From the NCBI RefSeq assembly GCF_002310835.1, contig NZ_CP011041.1, positions 1,350,001 to 1,382,000 on the forward strand: DNA of 32,000 bases, in the 5' to 3' direction. Origin of the DNA: Pseudoalteromonas tetraodonis (GTDB taxonomy: Bacteria > Pseudomonadota > Gammaproteobacteria > Enterobacterales > Alteromonadaceae). The notes under the pieces are model-generated. The model searched no databases, was not told the origin of the DNA, and was given only the letters and a program-made list of their open reading frames with translations. Both the position numbers and the translations under genes were made by a program. Of this stretch, positions 1-9,488 are shown piece by piece. The first letter of the stretch is position 1. The number at the start of each line of letters is the position of its first letter.

Positions 1-1
1 T

Positions 2-2878
2 CGCCCCCATTGGATAGCCACTTGGGATAGCGGGGTTGATACGCTTGACGATGTAGATATCAGCATTGCTCCTTGGCAACCCGATTTGTGGCGCCGCCTT
101 GTTAAATTAAGTAAAACACTTGGGCAAAGCCAATTTCACCGCGCCAACATGCAAGGACAATTACTCAGCGCCCTTGAGAGTATGGATGGCAGCTTATTGC
201 CAAAGCGTATTAGCCTATTTGGTATATCGGCGATTGCCAGCTCACAGCTTGACGTGTTTGAAGCCTTGAGTAAAAAAACTGAGGTGTTTTTATTCTTTTT
301 TAACCCCAGCGAGCATTATTGGGGCGATATAATCGATGAAAAAACAGCGGCTAAAATAAACGCTAAATACGCCAAAATGCCGCTGGTGGAAGCGCAGCAA
401 AAAAAGCAAACGAATCCTGATGAAGAATACTATTTTATTGGTAATCCGTTGTTGTCCTCGTGGGGTAAACTCGGCCGCGATTATTTTGAGCAACTGGTGC
501 AGCTTGATGCCCGTTGGATTGATGGTTTTATTGATGCGTTTGACGATACCTTACTTGGGCAAGTGCAAAGCGAAATATACCAACTTGCCTTTAAAGGTGA
601 ATCGCTTACCGATAACAAAGAATGGTTTATAAACGATGAGGGTAAACTGCCCATAAGTGCACACGATACCAGCATTACGTTAAGTGACTGCCACACGCCA
701 TTAAGGGAAGTCGAGCGCCTGCACGACTACTTACTCAATTTGTTTAATCAAAACCCAACGCTTACCCCCAAAGACATCATTGTGATGATGCCTGATGTAG
801 GTACTTATAGCCCTTACATTGAGGCCGTTTTTGGTGGTGCGCAGGGCAGTCGATTTATACCATACGCCCTTGCCGATTTAGCCATAGAGCAAGAAAAACC
901 AGTACTGAGCTCGTTTGCCAGTTTAGCTAATTTACCGTTTTCGCGCTTTGGCGTGTCGGATATTCTTGATTTATTACAGGTTACGCAAATTGCCGAAAAA
1001 TTTGGCCTAGAGGCCCATGAATACGAGCAAATACATTATTGGCTTGAGCGAGTAGGGGTAAAGTGGGGTATAAACGCTGAGCATAAACAAAGCTTTGATT
1101 TACCCGCCATTGATTTAAATACCTGGCAACATGGCTTGAACCGCTTATTACTGGGGATTGCCATGCGCGACGAACAGTGCCCATTTAATGGCATTTACAG
1201 CGCCGATGAAGTAGAAGGTATGGCGCTTGATACTCTCAATAAGCTGGTGCATTTTATTGATGTGCTTCAAGACTTTAAAGCGAAACTCACCCCTGATGAT
1301 ACGCTTACCAATAAAGCCCATATATTAAGTGAGCTACTCAATGCTGTGTATGAGAGCGAAAGCGATGATAGCTGGGATTTATTAGTGCTGCAAAAAGTGC
1401 TCGAAGACATTGCGAAGCACCACGACAACGGCGACTACAGTAAAGCCGTTTCGCAGCGCATAGTGAGCTATCTAATCAAGCAAGGTATACAAGAAAAAGG
1501 TGTAGGCCAGCGCTTTTTAGTAGGACAAGTGAACTTTTGTACTCTCATGCCCATGCGTGCCGTGCCGTTTAAGGTGGTGTGTATGCTAGGCTTAAACGAT
1601 GCCGATTACCCGCGCACGGTGCAGCCAATCGGATTTGATTTAGTGCCGTATTCTAAAAAGCAAAAAGGTGATCGTTCACGTAAACTCGATGACCGTTACC
1701 TCTTTTTAGAAGCGCTCTTAAGTGCTCGAGATAATTTATATATGAGCTACATTGGCCGCTCGTGTTTTGACAACCAGCCGCGCATGCCATCAACGCTTGT
1801 CAGTGAGCTTTTAGAATACATTGGACGCAGTTTTAAACTTAGCGAACCCAGTGATAAACCCTTGCCTGAATGCCTTATTACGCAGCAGCATTTGCAGCCT
1901 TTTAATAGTCTGTATTACTCAGCTCCTAGCGATGAACAGGCGGGAGTAAATAATCACAGCTATAACCCAATTTGGCTGCCTAGCGAGGCTATTGAGCCAA
2001 AAGTAATCACTGCACTTGATGTAATGCCTCCAGAGTTGCTTGATCTTGATATGTTTATTCGCAGTGTGTGCCACGCCCAAGAGAGCTTTTATCAGCAAAG
2101 CCTAGGGTTACGTTTGCCGCAATTTAACGATATAGCCAAAGATGAAGAACCGTTTAGCTTAGATGCGCTGCGCCGTTACTTTTACCTTGATGAAATACTT
2201 GAAGCAAACATTAACAATACGCCGCTCAGTACCGAGCAAATACTGCAGCGCGGTGAGTTGCCGCAAGCTCATGTTGGCAGCTTAATTTATGAGAGCATGC
2301 AACATCGCGTTGATGCGCTTGCAGGGCAAGTAAAACAACAAATAAAAGCGGGTAAAAGCGAACCGATAGAGGTGTTACTTTTGCTTGAAAACACCACCAT
2401 TGAAGGCTGGTTAAACCATGTGTATATGCAAAAACAAGTGTTTTATCGCAGTGCTAGTATTAAAGCTAAAGATTTAATTAAAGGCTTTATTTATCATCTT
2501 GCTGCACAAAGCATGCAACAAGAGGTTGAAACTTTATTGCTAGGTTTAGATAAACAAATTAGTTTTGCCCCAATGAGTAAAGCCGATGCCGATTTACTGC
2601 TCGCAGATTGGTTTGAGCTTTATAAAGCATTACGCAACAAGCCCGTGGCGTTTTTTCCGGTAAGTGGTTATGAATACGTAAAAAGCGGTGGTGATATGGC
2701 AAAAGCCAACAGTAAATTTAGTCCACAGTATATTGGCCGAGGCGAAGGAGAAAACCCTTATATTCGTCTCACGGTGCAATCACTTAATGACTGCCAAGAC
2801 GAATTTATACATTGGAGCGATAAGCTACTCGCCCCATTATTCGAGCACGCCAAGGAGAGTGACTATGCAAGCGCTTAA
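2..2878 (+). CDS. recC: Exodeoxyribonuclease V gamma subunit RecC (5' end lies outside the window)
   Basis: This frame is open from the window edge, with no stop before the track's first codon at 86, through to TAA at 2876-2878. The visible part is over 950 aa. It overlaps the recB start by 14 nt and is followed by recD, giving the canonical recC-recB-recD order. Confidence 0.88.
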   Translation, partial: RPHWIATWDSGVDTLDDVDISIAPWQPDLWRRLVKLSKTLGQSQFHRANMQGQLLSALESMDGSLLPKRISLFGISAIASSQLDVFEALSKKTEVFLFFFNPSEHYWGDIIDEKTAAKINAKYAKMPLVEAQQKKQTNPDEEYYFIGNPLLSSWGKLGRDYFEQLVQLDARWIDGFIDAFDDTLLGQVQSEIYQLAFKGESLTDNKEWFINDEGKLPISAHDTSITLSDCHTPLREVERLHDYLLNLFNQNPTLTPKDIIVMMPDVGTYSPYIEAVFGGAQGSRFIPYALADLAIEQEKPVLSSFASLANLPFSRFGVSDILDLLQVTQIAEKFGLEAHEYEQIHYWLERVGVKWGINAEHKQSFDLPAIDLNTWQHGLNRLLLGIAMRDEQCPFNGIYSADEVEGMALDTLNKLVHFIDVLQDFKAKLTPDDTLTNKAHILSELLNAVYESESDDSWDLLVLQKVLEDIAKHHDNGDYSKAVSQRIVSYLIKQGIQEKGVGQRFLVGQVNFCTLMPMRAVPFKVVCMLGLNDADYPRTVQPIGFDLVPYSKKQKGDRSRKLDDRYLFLEALLSARDNLYMSYIGRSCFDNQPRMPSTLVSELLEYIGRSFKLSEPSDKPLPECLITQQHLQPFNSLYYSAPSDEQAGVNNHSYNPIWLPSEAIEPKVITALDVMPPELLDLDMFIRSVCHAQESFYQQSLGLRLPQFNDIAKDEEPFSLDALRRYFYLDEILEANINNTPLSTEQILQRGELPQAHVGSLIYESMQHRVDALAGQVKQQIKAGKSEPIEVLLLLENTTIEGWLNHVYMQKQVFYRSASIKAKDLIKGFIYHLAAQSMQQEVETLLLGLDKQISFAPMSKADADLLLADWFELYKALRNKPVAFFPVSGYEYVKSGGDMAKANSKFSPQYIGRGEGENPYIRLTVQSLNDCQDEFIHWSDKLLAPLFEHAKESDYASA

Positions 2879-5800
2879 TCCACTCACTATGCCATTATCA
2901 GGACAAAGCTTAATTGAAGCCAGTGCAGGCACAGGTAAAACCTACACGATCACGGGTTTGTATTTGCGCTATTTGTTGGGCATGCAAATACCCGGTGAGC
3001 TGAATACGCCATTGAGCGTTGAGCAAATTTTGGTAGTAACCTTTACCGATGCCGCCACGCAAGAAATTAAAGACCGAGTTCGCAGCCGAATTATTGCCGC
3101 GCGTGATGCTTTACTGGGGCAAGTACCTAATGATGAGCTAATTGAGGGTGTAATAGCGGGCGTTGATGACAAGCACCGTGCGTTTGACTTACTCGATGCC
3201 GCAGCTAAATCAATGGACGAAGCGGCTATTTTTACCATTCATGGCTTTTGTCAGCGAATGCTAAAGCAGCATGCGTTTGAATCCGGTGTGGCATTTAACT
3301 TAGAGTTCATTTTAGATGAGCGCGATATTCTGCTTGAAACCATAAAAGACTTTTGGCGCGCGTTTGTATACCCACTCAGTAAAGAAAGAACAGATTCGAT
3401 TTTAGCGGTATTTGCTGCGCCCGAATCACTATTTAGTTATGTAAGTAGTATTTTAAATAAGGCGAACGCAGAGATAACACCGCAAGTTAGTTTAGATGCG
3501 GTATGGCAAGCGCGAGATGAATACTTGGCGTGTGTTCCAGCCTTTAAAAAAGCCTGCCTAGAACAAGAGTTTATTGGTGCTGTTAAAGCATCCGATTTAA
3601 GTGGCTCAAAAACACCTGGGCGAAAGGGCAGTCTTGCTGCACTTGAAGCATTTTGCTTAGGCAGTGATGACTTTTTTGAATTTGGTACCAGTAAGTATTC
3701 GTTTGAGGTGTGGAGTAGCGAGAACTTAAGTAATACCGCTAATTATAAAAAAAATGGCACATTACTGACGCATCCACTTATTAGCCAATTCGATGCCTTA
3801 GCCGCACTTAACAACACCATCAACCAAGGGCTAAAAATTGCGATAGTGCAATATGCGGCGAGCTGGGTAAAAGCGGCCATAGTTAAACGCAAACAAGAAC
3901 AAAGCGTGATCACCCCTGACGATTTACTGACTAATTTACACAGTGCCTTAAAGAGTGAACAAGGTGATGTACTCGCACAAAAAATAGCGCAGTTATTTCC
4001 GGTGGCAATGATAGATGAGTTTCAGGATACTGACCCGATTCAGTACGGTATTTTTAGTAAAATTTATGCTCAAAGCAATACCACTTTAGCTATGATAGGC
4101 GATCCCAAACAGGCAATTTATGGGTTTAGGGGCGCAGATATATTTACCTACATTGGCGCAAAAGAAGCGGTAGATGAGCCACAACAATTTACATTGGGCA
4201 CTAACTTTCGCTCAAGCAGTGATATTGTAAATAGCGTAAATAGCTTATTTAGCAAATACGAAAACAGCTTTATTTATAACGACGCCATTCCATTTAATAA
4301 AGTGAAAGCGAAAGGAAAAAAAGCAGATGAGTCGTTTTTAATTGACGGTAAACCTGCCACCGCGTTTGAGTTTAATGTGTTTGTAGATGAAGCCGGCGAT
4401 GAAAAAAATAAGCCGACCAGTAAAGGCTTAGGGCAAGCTCATTTAGCCACCCATTTTACCAATAAAATTGTTACTTTACTTGAGCAGGCAAACCAAGGAA
4501 TAGCCTGTATTGGCAGTACGCCGGTAAGCGCTGCTGATATTTGTATTTTGGTGCGCGACCGCGTTGAAGCACAAATAATGAAGCAAGCGCTGAGTAAAGC
4601 TAATATTGCCAGTGTGTATTTGTCGCGCGACAGTGTATTTAGCCAAGAGTTAAGTCATCACTTGCTCAATTTTTTAACGGCTTTGCATGGTCAGTACGAT
4701 GAGGCGTTACTACGCGGTGTATTAGCCGGCCCGTTATTTTGTTTAAGCTATAACGATATTTTTGCTCTAGCCGATGATGAAAATAGCTGGCAAGAACACC
4801 TAAACTTTTTTGCTCAACTTAGCCATATTTGGCATAAGCAAGGGGCAATGGCAATGCTCGAACGCTTACTGAGTCACAATCAGCTCAGTGCCAAATGGCA
4901 AGGCTTGGGCTATAACGTAGAACGGTGGCTTACCGACTTTAGACATCTTGGCGAAATACTGCAGCAAAAACAAATAGAGCTTGAAGGGACACTTCGTTTA
5001 TTACGTTGGTTTGCGCAAAAGGTGAGCCAGCAAGATGGCGAAACAGTGCAAGTTCGCTTAGAAAGTGATGCGAACTTAGTTAAAATTGTGACTATGCACG
5101 CTTCTAAAGGGCTTGAATACCCATTGGTATTTATGCCATTTGCCAGTGGTTATCGTGAAACTAAAGACGCGCTTTATCATCAAAATGGCAAGTTGATTTA
5201 CGATTTAAGTAAAGACGAAGACGCCCTGCAAAAAGCCGAACAAGAACGTTTAGCAGAAGACTTACGTTTGCTTTATGTGGCACTGACCCGAGCAGTGCAT
5301 TTTTGTTCGCTGGGCGTGTATAACATTTCTCAAGGGCAAAGTAGCCGTTTAGCAATTCAAAGTAGTGCGCTGGGGCATGTGTTGTTCTCAGGATTAGAGA
5401 TAAGCAGTAGCCAAGTGTGGCGCACCCATTTAAGTGAATTTTGTGAGGCTAATCATGCTATGCAATACCAGCAATTTACCTCAGGCGAATTACATGAGCA
5501 GGGCATACTTCGGTTAAAAAATAGTGACACTAAACAGCACGATTTACTTATTAATACAGTAACGGCGCAGATTGAACGTGACTGGCGAGCAACTAGCTTT
5601 AGTGCTTTGAGCTTTAAAAAGCATGCTGATCAACTTGCTCCAGGGCGCAGCGATGAAGATCATCAAAGAGATGAGTTTGCCGTGCAGCAAGATGAACTTC
5701 CTTCACCGTATAGCTTTCCAAAGGGCGCAAAACCAGGGAGTTGCTTGCACGAAATATTTGAGCAGCTTGATTTTACCAGTCCGGTAAATCATCCCACGAA

Positions 5801-6431
5801 TGCCGAGCAAAACTTAACGGCTGTGATTGAGCGTGCTTTTGAAAAGTACCATATCGATGAGCAATGGCAGCAAATTACCGAGCAATGGGTACTCGATGCA
5901 CTTAATTGCCCGTTAAACAGCGAGAATAATTTAAGTTTGAGCCAATTAGCGCCAAGTGACTGTTTAGTCGAAATGGAGTTTAACTTACCGCTTAGCAGCC
6001 TCAGTGCCCCTAAGCTTAATGAAGTGTTGATTAAACATTTTGGCTTTAACCAAAGTAAACTTGAGTTTGCCCATGTTAAAGGGTTACTAAAAGGCTTTAT
6101 TGATTTAATTTTTTGCTACCAAGGCAAGTATTATATTTTAGATTATAAATCGAATTATTTGGGCAGTACCGCTGCCGATTATGTGTCTGAGCAGCTAGAG
6201 CAAGCCATGACCAGCCACCAATATCATTTACAGTATTTAATTTATACCGTAGCGCTGCATCGCTTGCTTAAACAGCGAATTCCCGATTATTCAATAGAGG
6301 CGCATTTAGGCGGTGTTTATTATACTTTTTTACGCGGTATGCCAGCAGGTGAGGGAGTGTACTTTAAACAGCTAAGTGCAGATCAAGTCGTTATTTTAGA
6401 TGGCTTGTTTAGCCAAGGAGCCATGCTATGA
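2865..6431 (+). CDS. recB: Exodeoxyribonuclease V beta subunit RecB (helicase-nuclease)
   Basis: The likely start is ATG 2865, preceded by SD aaggagag at 2852-2859, rather than the track's 2688. Helicase motifs present are a UvrD-type Walker A 'EASAGTGKTYT', 'IDEFQDTD', 'GDPKQAIYGFRGAD' and 'TMHASKGLEYP'. The C-terminus has a PD-(D/E)xK-like 'GFIDLIF...YYILDYKSN'. The stop overlaps the recD start (ATGA at 6428-6431). Confidence 0.95.
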   Translation: MQALNPLTMPLSGQSLIEASAGTGKTYTITGLYLRYLLGMQIPGELNTPLSVEQILVVTFTDAATQEIKDRVRSRIIAARDALLGQVPNDELIEGVIAGVDDKHRAFDLLDAAAKSMDEAAIFTIHGFCQRMLKQHAFESGVAFNLEFILDERDILLETIKDFWRAFVYPLSKERTDSILAVFAAPESLFSYVSSILNKANAEITPQVSLDAVWQARDEYLACVPAFKKACLEQEFIGAVKASDLSGSKTPGRKGSLAALEAFCLGSDDFFEFGTSKYSFEVWSSENLSNTANYKKNGTLLTHPLISQFDALAALNNTINQGLKIAIVQYAASWVKAAIVKRKQEQSVITPDDLLTNLHSALKSEQGDVLAQKIAQLFPVAMIDEFQDTDPIQYGIFSKIYAQSNTTLAMIGDPKQAIYGFRGADIFTYIGAKEAVDEPQQFTLGTNFRSSSDIVNSVNSLFSKYENSFIYNDAIPFNKVKAKGKKADESFLIDGKPATAFEFNVFVDEAGDEKNKPTSKGLGQAHLATHFTNKIVTLLEQANQGIACIGSTPVSAADICILVRDRVEAQIMKQALSKANIASVYLSRDSVFSQELSHHLLNFLTALHGQYDEALLRGVLAGPLFCLSYNDIFALADDENSWQEHLNFFAQLSHIWHKQGAMAMLERLLSHNQLSAKWQGLGYNVERWLTDFRHLGEILQQKQIELEGTLRLLRWFAQKVSQQDGETVQVRLESDANLVKIVTMHASKGLEYPLVFMPFASGYRETKDALYHQNGKLIYDLSKDEDALQKAEQERLAEDLRLLYVALTRAVHFCSLGVYNISQGQSSRLAIQSSALGHVLFSGLEISSSQVWRTHLSEFCEANHAMQYQQFTSGELHEQGILRLKNSDTKQHDLLINTVTAQIERDWRATSFSALSFKKHADQLAPGRSDEDHQRDEFAVQQDELPSPYSFPKGAKPGSCLHEIFEQLDFTSPVNHPTNAEQNLTAVIERAFEKYHIDEQWQQITEQWVLDALNCPLNSENNLSLSQLAPSDCLVEMEFNLPLSSLSAPKLNEVLIKHFGFNQSKLEFAHVKGLLKGFIDLIFCYQGKYYILDYKSNYLGSTAADYVSEQLEQAMTSHQYHLQYLIYTVALHRLLKQRIPDYSIEAHLGGVYYTFLRGMPAGEGVYFKQLSADQVVILDGLFSQGAML

Positions 6432-8446
6432 GTGATTTAAATCAACAACCGGGTTTGTTTGATGACTTAGATGATGCGCCTTTAGATGAACCTGTGCTCA
6501 CAACAGCACAGCGAACGATGCAGGCCAGCGAAAGTATTGAAGTCGTGCCGTTGCTAACGTATTTAACGGACGAACATAGAGTGCGAGTGGTTGATGTAAA
6601 ACTGGCTGAATTACTCAGTGGCACAAACGCACAGCAAGGGTATGACGACCTCTTTTATATAATTTTAATGCTGTGTTTATCGCAACAAAGCCAGCATAGC
6701 TGTTTAACCCTAACAGAGGTTGATTGGACTAATCCGTTTAATTTACGTCAAAGCGACTTTACTAAACTAGAAGGCACGCAGCCTGACACTCTCAGCCCAT
6801 TTAGTAATGACTTTACGACTGAGGCAGCAATACGTTATTTACTCTCACATCACAGTGTTGGGGAGCAAAAGCCGCTGCAATTGTTTAATCAACGATTATA
6901 TTTTTCTCGTTTAGCAGGCTATGAACAAACCCTTGCCCAACGATTACTGACAATGAGCGAACGACAACTTAACATTGATGATGCAGTACTTGCTCAGTTA
7001 TTAACCCGCTACTTTCCTGATGATCCGAGTATTGACATTGATTGGCAAAAAGTAGCGTGTGCGATTGCCGCCACAAAAGGTTTTAGTGTGATCACGGGCG
7101 GGCCTGGCACCGGTAAAACCACCACGGTAACAAAGCTGTTAGCGATTTTACAATCGTTATATAAAGCGGCGCCATTGAGCATAAAATTAGTAGCACCCAC
7201 AGGTAAAGCAGCGGCACGGCTAACAGAGTCAATTTTAGGGGCTAAAAATAAGCTTAGTGAAATACCAGATGATATTAATTCGTTGATCCCGCAAAGCGCG
7301 CAAACCATTCATCGGTTGTTGGGAGTTAAGCCATTTACCAATAAATTTCGGCACGATAAAAGCAATCCGTTGCATGTTGATGTATTGATTATTGATGAGG
7401 CCAGCATGGTCGACTTATCACTTATGGCTAAATTAATTGAGGCCTTGCCAGATCATGCTCGATTGATTTTACTCGGCGATAAAGACCAACTTGCTTCGGT
7501 TGATACTGGTAGCGTAATGAGTGATTTATGCCAAGGGTTAGTACTTGGACAAACACCGCGTTATTCAAAAGTACGCTGTGAGCAATTGAACACGCTGTGC
7601 TTTAATGGCACTGTTAAACTCAACGCGCAAACTCAAAGTGAGTTTAAACTCGCGGATTGCATTGCCTTTTTACAACATAGCTATCGGTTTGATGCAAAAA
7701 GTGGCATAGGTCAATTGGCGCTGGCGGTTAATACCAACAACCGTGGGATATTAAACTATGTTGAACAACAAAGTAGCGAAGGGCATTTTAGCGATATTAT
7801 TTTAGACTATGATTTTGTTTCCACACCAATTGAAAAGTTAGTAAATAGTGCCGCAAGTCATTATGCTAATTACCTAACACTGATAGCGCAAGGTGCCAGT
7901 GTTGCGCAAGTGCATGCAGCTTTTGCCAGTTATCAGTTACTTGCTGCAGTACGTGAAGGCGATTACGGCGTTAATAGTTTAAATCAGCGTATTGAACGGG
8001 TATTACAGCAGCAAGGTTTAATTAGCGTTAACCCTAATCAGCGGCATTATATAGGGATGCCGATAATGGTTAGTCAAAACGACTACCAGCTAAAATTATT
8101 TAACGGTGATATAGGAATTCTAATGCCCGATGATAGCGGCCAACTCAAGGCAGTGTTTATTGATGAACAAGGTAATGAACGGGCATTTTCACCCGCACGG
8201 CTTCCGGCGCACGATAAAGTGTATGTAATGACCATTCATAAATCCCAAGGCTCAGAGTTTAGTTATACCGCGATGGTGTTACCACCGCTCAAGCAGGCGA
8301 GTATCGGTATTAATAGGCAATTAGTGTACACGGGAATTACCCGCGCAAAACAGACCTTTGAGCTGGTGGCAGATAAAAAAGTGCTGCAACTGGCCATGGG
8401 TAAAAGTGTATCACGGGCGTCAGGCTTGTATGAGAGATTAGTGTAA
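6428..8446 (+). CDS. recD: Exodeoxyribonuclease V alpha subunit RecD
   Basis: SF1 helicase motifs are present: Walker A 'ITGGPGTGKTTT', Walker B 'LIIDEASMVD', 'TIHKSQGSEF' and 'YTGITRAK'. The gene is translationally coupled to recB. Confidence 0.95.
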   Translation: MSDLNQQPGLFDDLDDAPLDEPVLTTAQRTMQASESIEVVPLLTYLTDEHRVRVVDVKLAELLSGTNAQQGYDDLFYIILMLCLSQQSQHSCLTLTEVDWTNPFNLRQSDFTKLEGTQPDTLSPFSNDFTTEAAIRYLLSHHSVGEQKPLQLFNQRLYFSRLAGYEQTLAQRLLTMSERQLNIDDAVLAQLLTRYFPDDPSIDIDWQKVACAIAATKGFSVITGGPGTGKTTTVTKLLAILQSLYKAAPLSIKLVAPTGKAAARLTESILGAKNKLSEIPDDINSLIPQSAQTIHRLLGVKPFTNKFRHDKSNPLHVDVLIIDEASMVDLSLMAKLIEALPDHARLILLGDKDQLASVDTGSVMSDLCQGLVLGQTPRYSKVRCEQLNTLCFNGTVKLNAQTQSEFKLADCIAFLQHSYRFDAKSGIGQLALAVNTNNRGILNYVEQQSSEGHFSDIILDYDFVSTPIEKLVNSAASHYANYLTLIAQGASVAQVHAAFASYQLLAAVREGDYGVNSLNQRIERVLQQQGLISVNPNQRHYIGMPIMVSQNDYQLKLFNGDIGILMPDDSGQLKAVFIDEQGNERAFSPARLPAHDKVYVMTIHKSQGSEFSYTAMVLPPLKQASIGINRQLVYTGITRAKQTFELVADKKVLQLAMGKSVSRASGLYERLV

Positions 8447-8459
8447 AGCCATACTTATA

Positions 8460-9092
8460 CTAATCTCTTATTTTTGGGGTTCGTTTTCTAAATAGGTTGG
8501 GTTGCCAGCCAAAATGCAGTGCGCCCAATCTTAGAAAGACGGTTACCAATAATGAACCTATAATGCACCATAAATAAGGGACATCTAATAAAAATAGCGT
8601 GGCATAGGTTAAGCCTCCTGCAAAACACGCGGTGGAGTATAGCTCTTCGCGCATCACCAGTGGTACTTCTCTACAGATCACATCACGTATTAAGCCGCCA
8701 AATATACCCGTCGTCATTCCCATTGTAAGCGCAACCACCATGGTTGTACCTTCAATTAATGCTTTTTCAATACCGACCACATTAAAAATAGCCATACCAA
8801 TAGCGTCAACCAGCAACATGTAATAGTTAGACACATCAGGTAAGTGGCGAATAAACATAACGGTGACAAAAATAGCGCCATAGGTGGCATATAAATAATC
8901 GGGGTTGGCTATCCAAAATACAGGTTGATTAAGAAGAATATCTCTGAGCGTGCCACCGCCTAACGCGGTGACTGAGCCAACAACGACAACACCAAATCCA
9001 CCAATATCTTTGTCGTGGCCTAATAATGCACCTGAAATTGCAAAGAATGCCACGCCAATAAGGCTTAAAAAATTAAAATACTCTGCCGTCAT
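8460..9092 (-). CDS. TRIC / UPF0126 (YadS-like, Pfam Gly_transporter-type) inner-membrane protein
   Basis: The protein is a polytopic membrane protein with the duplicated glycine-rich motifs of UPF0126: 'FAISGALLG...GGGTLRDIL' and 'GIFGGLIRDVI'. ATG 9092 has an AAGGA SD about 8 nt upstream. The longer ORF start at 9131 is an alternative. Confidence 0.8.
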   Translation of the reverse strand: MTAEYFNFLSLIGVAFFAISGALLGHDKDIGGFGVVVVGSVTALGGGTLRDILLNQPVFWIANPDYLYATYGAIFVTVMFIRHLPDVSNYYMLLVDAIGMAIFNVVGIEKALIEGTTMVVALTMGMTTGIFGGLIRDVICREVPLVMREELYSTACFAGGLTYATLFLLDVPYLWCIIGSLLVTVFLRLGALHFGWQPNLFRKRTPKIRD

Positions 9093-9172
9093 TGAGGTGT
9101 CCTTACCAGATTGAGAATTTATATTAGACATTAAAAGATAAGCGATTGGGGATTTATATTAGCTGAATAACA

Positions 9173-9442
9173 CTAGGGTCTGTTTACCTTTCAAGGTTGA
9201 ATTTGCAGCAGTCTGCTTGGTATTAAAGCAAGGCAGAGCCTGTGTGGTGTGGTTATTCCCCATAAATAGGCGATAACGCAGCATCAATGCCAAACAGGCG
9301 CTGCCCGAAGGGTTCTGCCTAGGGGCGATTTACTCTTTGTTGCTCGGTTTTTACTTAGTCCACTAGTTTACAAACCTCGCGCCGCGATTAAACCGCCCCT
9401 AGTTTGAACAAATATTAATCCGCAAAGGTCAACAGACCCTAG
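9173..9442. repeat. Structured intergenic element of about 270 bp with terminal inverted repeats (MITE-like, or a structured RNA)
   Basis: The termini are 9173-9191 ctagggtctgtttaccttt and the reverse complement of 9424-9442, ctagggtctgttgaccttt, matching 18/19. Internal nested complementarity includes 9319-9327 ctaggggcg with 9394-9402 cgcccctag (9/9). It also includes 9232-9243 ggcagagcctgt with 9294-9305 acaggcgctgcc (11/12), and a small hairpin at 9212-9237. The element appears GC-richer than its flanks by eye, contains no ORF, and has TA adjacent to both ends. Confidence 0.5.
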
Positions 9443-9449
9443 CTTTACA

Positions 9450-9474
9450 AGCACAAGGTTATTAGCCCTGTGCT
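9450..9474 (-). terminator. Weak hairpin downstream of the amidohydrolase gene
   Basis: The hairpin is agcacaagg / ccctgtgct, 8 of 9 positions paired, with a 7-nt loop. It lies 15 nt after the stop codon. The U-tract on the minus strand is poor. Confidence 0.3.
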
Positions 9475-9488
9475 TCTATGATGGGTTG

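Noticed and set aside
2688-2864. N-terminal extensions proposed by the longest-ORF track. These are recB from 2688, the lipase-like gene from 11022, the lipoprotein from 25040, the DUF3862-like gene from 30753, the DsbD_2-like gene from 18258 and the TRIC gene from 9131.
   Set aside because: Internal starts have proper SD sequences. They give canonical N-termini (Walker A proximity, signal peptides, lipoboxes) or avoid improbable overlaps with upstream genes. The 9131 start for the TRIC gene remains a possible alternative.
8447-8459. A possible terminator in the 13-bp convergent gap between recD and the TRIC gene.
   Set aside because: The gap is too short and contains no stem-loop. Termination, if any, must occur inside the opposing coding regions.
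9132-9488. A glycine riboswitch upstream of the UPF0126/Gly_transporter-family gene. A 4.5S/SRP-like fragment 'agcaaggcaga' was also considered.
   Set aside because: I read both strands. I could not find the conserved glycine-aptamer elements (CUCUGGAGAG, CGCCGAAGGAGCAA-type, CUCAGGCAAAAGGAC-type). I also could not find the SRP domain IV core (GGUCCGGAAGGAAGCAGCC). The resemblance is limited to a few nucleotides.
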